From: Nanobdellati archaeon
GTDB taxonomy: Archaea > EX4484-52 > GLR71
Direction of reading: 5' to 3'
Assembly (NCBI GenBank): GCA_019429125.1
Contig: JAHYJO010000001.1
Coordinates: forward strand, 1 to 64,000
DNA: 64,000 nt
The notes under the pieces are model-generated. The model was not told the origin of the DNA, made no database searches, and was given only the letters and a program-made list of their open reading frames with translations. Below, one piece after another: positions 15,001 to 24,000 of the stretch. The translations under genes were made by a program, and so were the position numbers. Every line of letters starts with the position of its first letter. Position 1 is the stretch's first letter.

Positions 15001-18000
15001 AAATTATGAGGTTGGTCCACAGTATTGGAAAGCAGGTGTTACTGATTCTTGTTATGCACAGATAAATTTCACTCAAGATAATTATACAACAACTGTTATG
15101 GGGGATATTATTAATACTATTGAAAATCCATTTTATGGTACAGAATATTTGCGTGGTGAGAATGTAACTGTAAGAAGTATATCTACACCAACAATAATGG
15201 ATGATTGTACTGCGAGTCTTTTAAATATTGATAATAGTATAATATTTTATAATGAGAATGGTGTGGCTAATTATTCCTGTATTACTAATGAGGTTGGCGG
15301 AGGATATTACGAGTGCATAAGAAATACTACAGATATGGTTGCTAGATGGTATGATACTGAGATGGTATCATGGGAAACATATTATAATAACGGGACTGTA
15401 CTTCTACAAAATCATATATTTGTAAAGACAGCACCTAATATGACTGATGAAACTGCAATTACAAGTGTTGGAGGATGGGGTGAAACATTCTATTTCTCTG
15501 TCAATGTGACTGATGAGGATTTAGATAATGTTACATTGAATCTGTATATAAAAAATACTGCATCAGGACCATTTGGTATTTGGGGCGCACCTAAAAACAG
15601 CACTATTCTTTATAGTCCTCAAGGAGAATATGCAGTATTGTCATGGAGTGATGCGCCTTATTGTACTATCGGCACTTGGGAATATAAATTTGAAGCAATA
15701 GATACACATGGAGATACAACATTTACAGATGCACATAATTTCACGATTGAAAAGGATGATGTTGAAGTTCTATATTCTGTGGGTGATGGCTCTTATGTTT
15801 GGAGGAATGGGTCTGATAGTACAACATTAACATTGGATATTGTTGATTCTGATAGAGGTAACATCTCTGTTGGGACAGGTACTTCTGCACGGTTCTGGGT
15901 GACTACAAATGCAAATGATTCTAGTTCATGGGATCTTGGAAAAGATACGGCAACATTGGAGGGGGCAATAGAATATTACTTTATGAATCAGTTCCCTGAT
16001 GGAGGTCAAAAATGTGATTATACTGTCGGTATCCAGAAATGGAAAGGCGGGACATTAAATGATATCTGTTATAAGGATCAGAATTCGACGGAATATGATT
16101 TGTCTGTAAATTCAAGTTTGGTGCCTAACATAACAAATGTATACAGCCAGGGATATTTGAGAGGGGATTATATACCACTTCTTACATCTGTAACAGATGA
16201 TTGTGGTTCTGTTTCGAATGTTACACTATCATATGCTCTTTTGAACATGCCAAACCAGTATGTTTGTAGCAAACAAAGCAATGTGGGGTGGAATGAGAGT
16301 GATGGGGATTATAATTGCACTTGGGATTCTACAAACAAACCATATAAATGGTATAATGTTATTGCAACAGTTTCAAAAGAATTTTTTGTAACTAATATGA
16401 CTTCAGGTAATGATAGGTTCTTTTTAGGTGTAACACCACAGCTTGATTCGTTAGCTGTAGCTCCTAAGATTGGTGGTTGGGGAGAAAATCATCAGTTTAG
16501 TGTAAGGTTAACAAGTTTTGATCTTGCAACAAATAATGTATCATTGTGGAAAAGTTTTGATAATGTGTCTTGGGACCTTGTTAACTGGCAGACTGTTATT
16601 ATGCCTATAGGCCAGTGGGTATATTTCAATGAAAGGTTCACATGTAATGATTACCTTACACCACCATCAGGTCTGAATTATTATAAGATAATATCTAAAA
16701 ATGTTTTCGGGTTCAGTACTGAAACGCCAGTATATAATTATACGCTTAATTATGATAATGTTACTTTGAGTATAACTCCTGCAAGCAACGATACTGTTCG
16801 TCGACTGGGAGTGACAAATGCGTTATTTGAGGCAAGAATATATGATACTGACTATGGTATTTATCAGAATAATACAGATGCTAACATATGGGTCACAAAA
16901 GATGGTAGTGTATTTGATTATAATGAGTCCTGTTCATCTCTTGATGGTTATTGCAGAATAAATTATGACCCTCAATGTGATAGTGATGCAGGAGTGCAGA
17001 AATGGAAGATAGAAGTGTATGATTTATGTTATCAGAATATCAATTCAACAAATGTCACAGTATCTGTAATTGGGCAACTGTACAGTAATGTAGCCAGTCC
17101 AGAACAAAATGATATCCTTAACTTAAATACGACTATCAACTTAAATACAACTGTCTATGATGAGTGTGGTAATAATATAGTTGATGCATCTGTTTATTGG
17201 TATAATAGTGTTCCTGTATCTATTGCTTCAGGATATGATACAACCTGGAATGTTCCATTAAGCTATACAAAAGGTCCAGAGAGTATAATTACAAATTCAA
17301 CTAGGCAATATTATGATAATGGTACAAATATGACTGATGTCTATGTGTATGGTTGGAGCATAATATCATCAATGTCACCACTTGACCTTTCAAGTTATCT
17401 TGCAGGATATGATGTGCCTGTACAATGTACTGTGACTGATGCCAATACTACTAGCAACCTTACGAATTATAATGTAAGCTTTTACAAAAATGATGTGTTC
17501 CAGGATTCAAATATGACCGATTCAAACGGGACTGCTGTATGGACTTGGGTTACTGATTTAGAACCTTATGGTTGGTATAACCTTAGTTGCATGATATCAA
17601 ATGATGATACTTTGTATTATACTCCTGCAGTGGCTCAGATGAATACTACTGTTAGAGTGAACAGAACATTGATGATACAAAGTATAGTACTTTCTAATCC
17701 CGACATTTATCGGAATGATTCATTTGCACCTTATGATACAAACATAACTGTCAATATATATGATGCACTATTTGGGCCTGCAGATAATGCAGATGTATGG
17801 TTCTATAATTCAACTGGATTTATAGACAATTGTACAACTGATGTGGCTGGCAATTGTTATATCAGTTATAATGCGCCTGATAATATTACACCTCAAGGAT
17901 ATGCGGTCTATGTCAATTCAACAAAAGCTGGGCTTGAAGATTCAATAACTGACAATACAATAATAGGTGTATACGGTATATATTATATCAACATTACGGA

Positions 18001-21000
18001 ACCTGATAATGGTAGTTCTTGGAGTAAGGCAATAATATTAAACCTTTCATCGTATATTGAAAATGAGAATGGATATGTTGATACTGCAACTGTTAATTGG
18101 TATATTGATTCTGGATTTGTTGCAACTGGACAAAATACTACATCTCCACTTATTTCACAGTTGCCGGGACCTAAAATATTGCAATCAAATGCTACACGAC
18201 CATATTATATTACGGGTACTGATAATATCTTATTGAATATAAATGGTCTTGTTGATGTCATGTGGTGGTATCCTCTTAACGGTTCCAAACAAGCATATCC
18301 TGGGTCTTTTGATGTCCAGTGTCTTGTGAAAGATAACACATCTGGTGTGTCGGTTGTAGGTTATGCTGTGGATTTCTGGTACTGGAACGGTTCAGATTAT
18401 GTTTATAATGGGACCTATACAACAAATGAATTAGGTATTGCTGGTTATACATGGTATCCTGAATCAAAAGGTGTTCTTGATTTCAAGTGTAATATAACAG
18501 ATAATGCTACTGTGTTTTATTCGCCAAACATTGGTGACGATATTGCCACAATAATAGTTGAGGATATAAATCCACCTGTTATATCTAATGTGAGCATAAT
18601 TCTAAATAGTACACTTGAAGCAAATCTTAATTATACAAATATAACTGCTGTTGTGATAGATGATGTGTTTGTATATTCAGTTATTGCGAGCATTACTCTT
18701 CCTAACGGTACAATAGTTAACGAAACTATGAGTAATGTATTCAATGATACTTATCGTGTTGAATATTTACCCCCTGTCGGTGGAAATTATTCAGTAGATA
18801 TAGTTGCAAGTGATTCTCCACCTGAAAATAATACCAATATTGTGTATGCTGGAGATTTTTCAGTATGGGGTACGGCGGATATTATTGGGGAGAGGACAGA
18901 TGAATATGTAGCATTTGGTATAACTCAAGTATCTGATGAATCATTTGTGTTGACTGTAAATGCAACAAATAATGGTCCTGCAACAGCTTATGATGTGTCA
19001 ATAACAGTTTTAGAAGACCCTATCGGTACTGTGACTTATAATACAACAAATTATGAGTGTGGTAATTTGAGTGTAGGGGTAATGTGTTCAAGGGATTTCC
19101 TTGTGACAGTACCTTCAAAGACTGCTCCGCAACTTATAACGGTATACAGTACAATATGGTGGGATAATCCTGATAAGACACCTAATTCAACAGTTGGTAT
19201 TACTTTAATTGATGTTGCATCAAATCCTGTAGTAGATATACTTGAGATATTTATACAAAATCAGACAAAACATGGAGAAACAACAATAATAGGAACATTG
19301 ACTGTAAGTTCAGCAGGAAATGATTATGTAGATAATATTGTATTATCTAAAGTAGGAATTATATTAGATCTTTCGTGTCCATTATGTAACTTGACAATGT
19401 CAAAACAAGTTGAAGAGACATTACCTGCCGGAGAATTTTTCACATCTGTAATATCAATAGATGTTCCATATGGTCAGAGTGCAGGGGATTATTGGACATA
19501 TATATCTGCTAAATCAGATAATGCAGCACAGGATTTGGTTATTGTTAATGCAACTGTACCACTTGATGTCACTTGGGAAAGAGAACCGTCCACCTTTGGA
19601 ACGATTCTTGCTCTTGTAAATACAACTACTACTCAAATTGGTGTTATTTCTACTAAGAATAATGGTAATTCTGAACGAAATTTGATTGTTCAATCTGGTG
19701 GTAATGGTTCATTATTTATTACAAAAAGTCCAAACTCATCCTCATTGGGCATTGGTGCTTCAAGAAATGTAACTCTTAATTATTCTATTCCTGCGCTAAC
19801 AACGCAGGGTATGTATTATGTACAGATACACATAAGGGAATCATCAGCTAATCCATCTGATGCAATTACTGATTTCTGGCTCAATGTGACTGACTTACCT
19901 CCTGTAATATCTAATGTGTCTATCAAGCCTCGCGGGTATGAACCCGATGTAGGATATTCAAATATATCTGCTGTGGTGATAGATAATGTTTTAGTCTCAC
20001 ATGTATGGTTGAATTCAACAAAGCCAAACGGTACAGATGAGATATATTATTTTACTTTGAATGGAAGTGATGCTTATCTTAATTACAGTGAGAATGAGAC
20101 TGGAGTTCATAAGGTTGTTATATGTGCAAATGATTCTGCAAATCTTATCAGTTGCACTATGATTTATGATATTAGTGTTATGGTTAATACAACAGTTGTT
20201 ACAGAAACAAACATAACTAATACAACAATTTATGGTATCATGCTTGATACGGGACTTAATGTATCATTTAATTTCACAACACTTAATGATGGGTATTCAA
20301 GAGCACTTGATGTAAATACATCTGTTTTGTATCCAGTTTTATGGAATGTGTCACCATCAGAGTTTAATATGGGTGACATAATTTTGATGCCTTATCAAGG
20401 TGAAGCATTACTTTTAATACCCGCTGATGTTATTGGTGAGTATTATATTAATTTTACATCTAACTGGACTAATTATGACGGTTCAAATGATACACTTATG
20501 ACACCTATAAGGATTGTAATCGGGTCTAATCCTGCACTTAATGTAACTGATATGCCTGCGTCATTTGTGATTGAAAGCGGTAAAACTCTAAGTACTAATT
20601 TGACTTTGAAGTCAATTGGTAATGATATTGCAAAAAGTATAGCGTTTAATTGTACGGAGGGGGTTGTATGTTCTGAGTTTAATGTATCTTTCAATCCACT
20701 AGTAATAGTAAATTTAACTAAAGGCAACAGTACGAATTTCACAATTAATATATCCGTTCCGCTTGGGTATTTAGCGGGGGTATATGATGGTGTATTTACT
20801 GTATATGAATCAAAGACAAATTTATCTGTGAATATCACCGTTGTAATTCCTGCTAACTTGACATGGGAACATAATCCTGTCATAATCTCAAAAAATGTAA
20901 TTGCAAATAGGACTGGTAATTTTGGTTCTGTCAGAGTGTCCAACATGGGCAATATACCTTTGACAGTTTCGGCAATATCTACAAATACAACAATTTTTAC

Positions 21001-24000
21001 AATAAATGAGAGTAGTATTAATTTGCCATTGGGAGATTACTATGATGCCATGATTAATTATAGTGCACCCGAAGTATTCAGCCTTGTCACATATTCAGCA
21101 TATTTCAGGACAACTAATATAACAGCTTTACCTTCTGATAGGGAAACATTCTTGAATATAACTATATATCCATTGTATTTAGATATAATTACTCCAACAA
21201 CTGTGGTTCCTAAACTAAATGTCTCAAAAGGCAAAAATATAACTGCAATATTTAATCTTACTTATAGTCTTGTGCCTGTTTCTGAGAATGTTACATGGCA
21301 GATAAATCTGACAAAGGATAGCACATCTTTTTCAGTAAATATTACACCTGAAAATATTAATTATTCAGCAATATCTGGTCTTTGGACAATTAATTTCACC
21401 GCACCTGATATCCTTGCAGGAGTTGCTTATGACCTTGTTGCAATTGTATTTGATGAGATAAATAATATTGAGATAATTTCGGTTGAGAAAAAGGCAATAA
21501 TTTATACAGATACAATTCCACCACTACTTTTTGTTGATTTATTTTCAAATATAATTAATGGTAGTGTTATACCAATTTATGTAAATACAACAGACGTTGG
21601 TGGTATGGATTATGTGTCAGTTGAAATAACAACACCAAATGGTACTATTTTTGCATATAATGCAACTCTTTTAGATTCTGTTGGAAATGATTATTTCTAT
21701 AATCTTGACTTTATAGAAACATCAGTTTTGGGTGCTTATCCTGTAGCTATAAGTGCGTATGATCTTTCAAGTAATGTAAATACTACAAATGTAATATTCA
21801 ATGCTTATCTACCTTCATATTTCAGAGGTTATTCTTATGATCTTGAAAGTGTGGATAATGAAACAGTAGTCTCTGCAGAATTCAAGTTGTATAAACATGA
21901 TGAATCTGTATTGATGCATAATTTTTGGTCAGATAATGTGACTGGTCTTTATAATGAAAGTGTGTATGTCCGGTTATATGATGTCGTTGTTGACGTATTG
22001 AATTTGACTTTAACTTTCGATGATTTCAGTATGCCTCTTGGTGGAATTTTCAATCCATTGGTGTTTGGTGATATACCAATTGCACTTATCGGTGCAGGAC
22101 CTAAGAAAGCAGTATATATTGATAGTGCTATGAATTCAAATCCAAATATAGTATTTGATTATTCTCCATATGTTGATTTGATTGCAAGCGATATTGCGGT
22201 CTATAATTGTGATGATTGGGCTATAAAAACAGGATGTTTAAATCAATGGATAAGAAAGAATGTTACTGTTGATACTAATTTACGAACTGTCACAATTGAT
22301 ACTATAAGTCCGACTGGTGCATATGCATTGGCACAATATATATGTGGGAATAAGATTTGTGAGGATGATTATGGCGAATCTAATTCAATATGCCCAACTG
22401 ATTGTAAGATAGATGTACCGTCATTGCCTCCTATGCCTGCACAACCAACATCAGGTGGTGGTAGTGGTTCTGGGACTGGTGCGGGTGAGGGACAAGGTCG
22501 TGAAACGGGTGCAGGTGCAGGAGGTATAGATAAGGACAGTTCAGATATAGATGGCAAAGGAGGAGAATTAGTTCCTATTGAGATAAAATCTACACTACTT
22601 TACATAACTTTAGCTCCAGGTGAAAAATCAATACATTCAATTGAGATAAAAAATAATCAGGATAAGAAAGTAACATCACAGTTAAGTGTGGATGGACTTG
22701 TCTGGGACTTGATTCAGCTTGAGAAAACTGAGATAAAAGTGGATGAGAAATCAACTGAAAATGTAAAAATATCTGCATATGTATTGCCATCTACAATGCC
22801 AGGTATTTATACTGGTGATATAGTTGTTAAAACAGGGACTATGGTATATAGGACTCCTGTCACAGTAAAGGTTGAAATTAAAAAGGAAGCGCTTTTAGAT
22901 GTCATAATTGAGACATTGTCAAGTGTGGTCAAGCCCGGTGAAGATGTAAAATTCATGGTTACTGTCAAGAATATGGGTGAGACTGAGACTGTTGAAGACA
23001 TAACACTTGAATATGTCATCAAGAGTCTTTCAAATAATACTATCATTACGACATATACCGAGACACTTGCAGTCAATAAATCATTATCATTTGTCAAATC
23101 ATTAAATATACCTAATAATACAAAAGAAGAACGGTATGTCATAACTTTAAATGCAAGATATGCAAATGCTGAAAAGTTTGCAACATCTTCTGACGTTGTT
23201 GATGTAAGCACACAACCATGGCCTATAGTCCTTCTTCTTAGATTGTTTAAGAGTTGGGTAACTTATGTCATATTATTAGTTGTATTGCCAATTCTTTATT
23301 TCGGACGAAAAGCATATCTATCATATCTCGACAAGAAAAAGAAGGGCGCGAGATATATATTCCCTATGGACTATTCAAAACTGCCACAGAAAGGTGAAGA
23401 AAGTGTTAAGGTCGGTAAGATTGCAGAAACAGATATCAATGCATACATTAATATCAAGAACTTGACTATGCACTCAATTGCAGCAGGTGGTACTGGTTCT
23501 GGTAAGAGTGTAACTGCAATGTCAACGGCTGAAGAGTTATTAGACCTTGGCATCCCTGTTGTAGTATTTGACCCTACAGCACAGTGGAGTGGGTTTATGA
23601 GACCATGTAAAGATCCGCACATGCTTGAATTATATGCTAAGTATGGGCTTAAGCCTGAAAATGCAAAATCATATAAGACAAATATCATTGTTGTTGAGAG
23701 CGCAGACAGCCTTACTGATGCAGAAATAGATATACGACAATATATGAAACCTGGTGAAATCACAGTATTTGTAATGAGCAAGTTGAGTTCATCAGAGCTT
23801 GATAAGTTTGTAAGAAGGACTATTAAGAGCATATTTAGCATACAGTGGCCTGAAGCGAAGACTTTGAGAGTTCTTATTGTGTATGATGAGATGCACAGAC
23901 TGCTACCTAAGTATGGCGGTAAGGGTGGATATCTTGAACTGGAACGTGGATGCCGTGAATTTAGGAAATGGGGTCTTGGTCTGTTTATGATATCTCAGGT

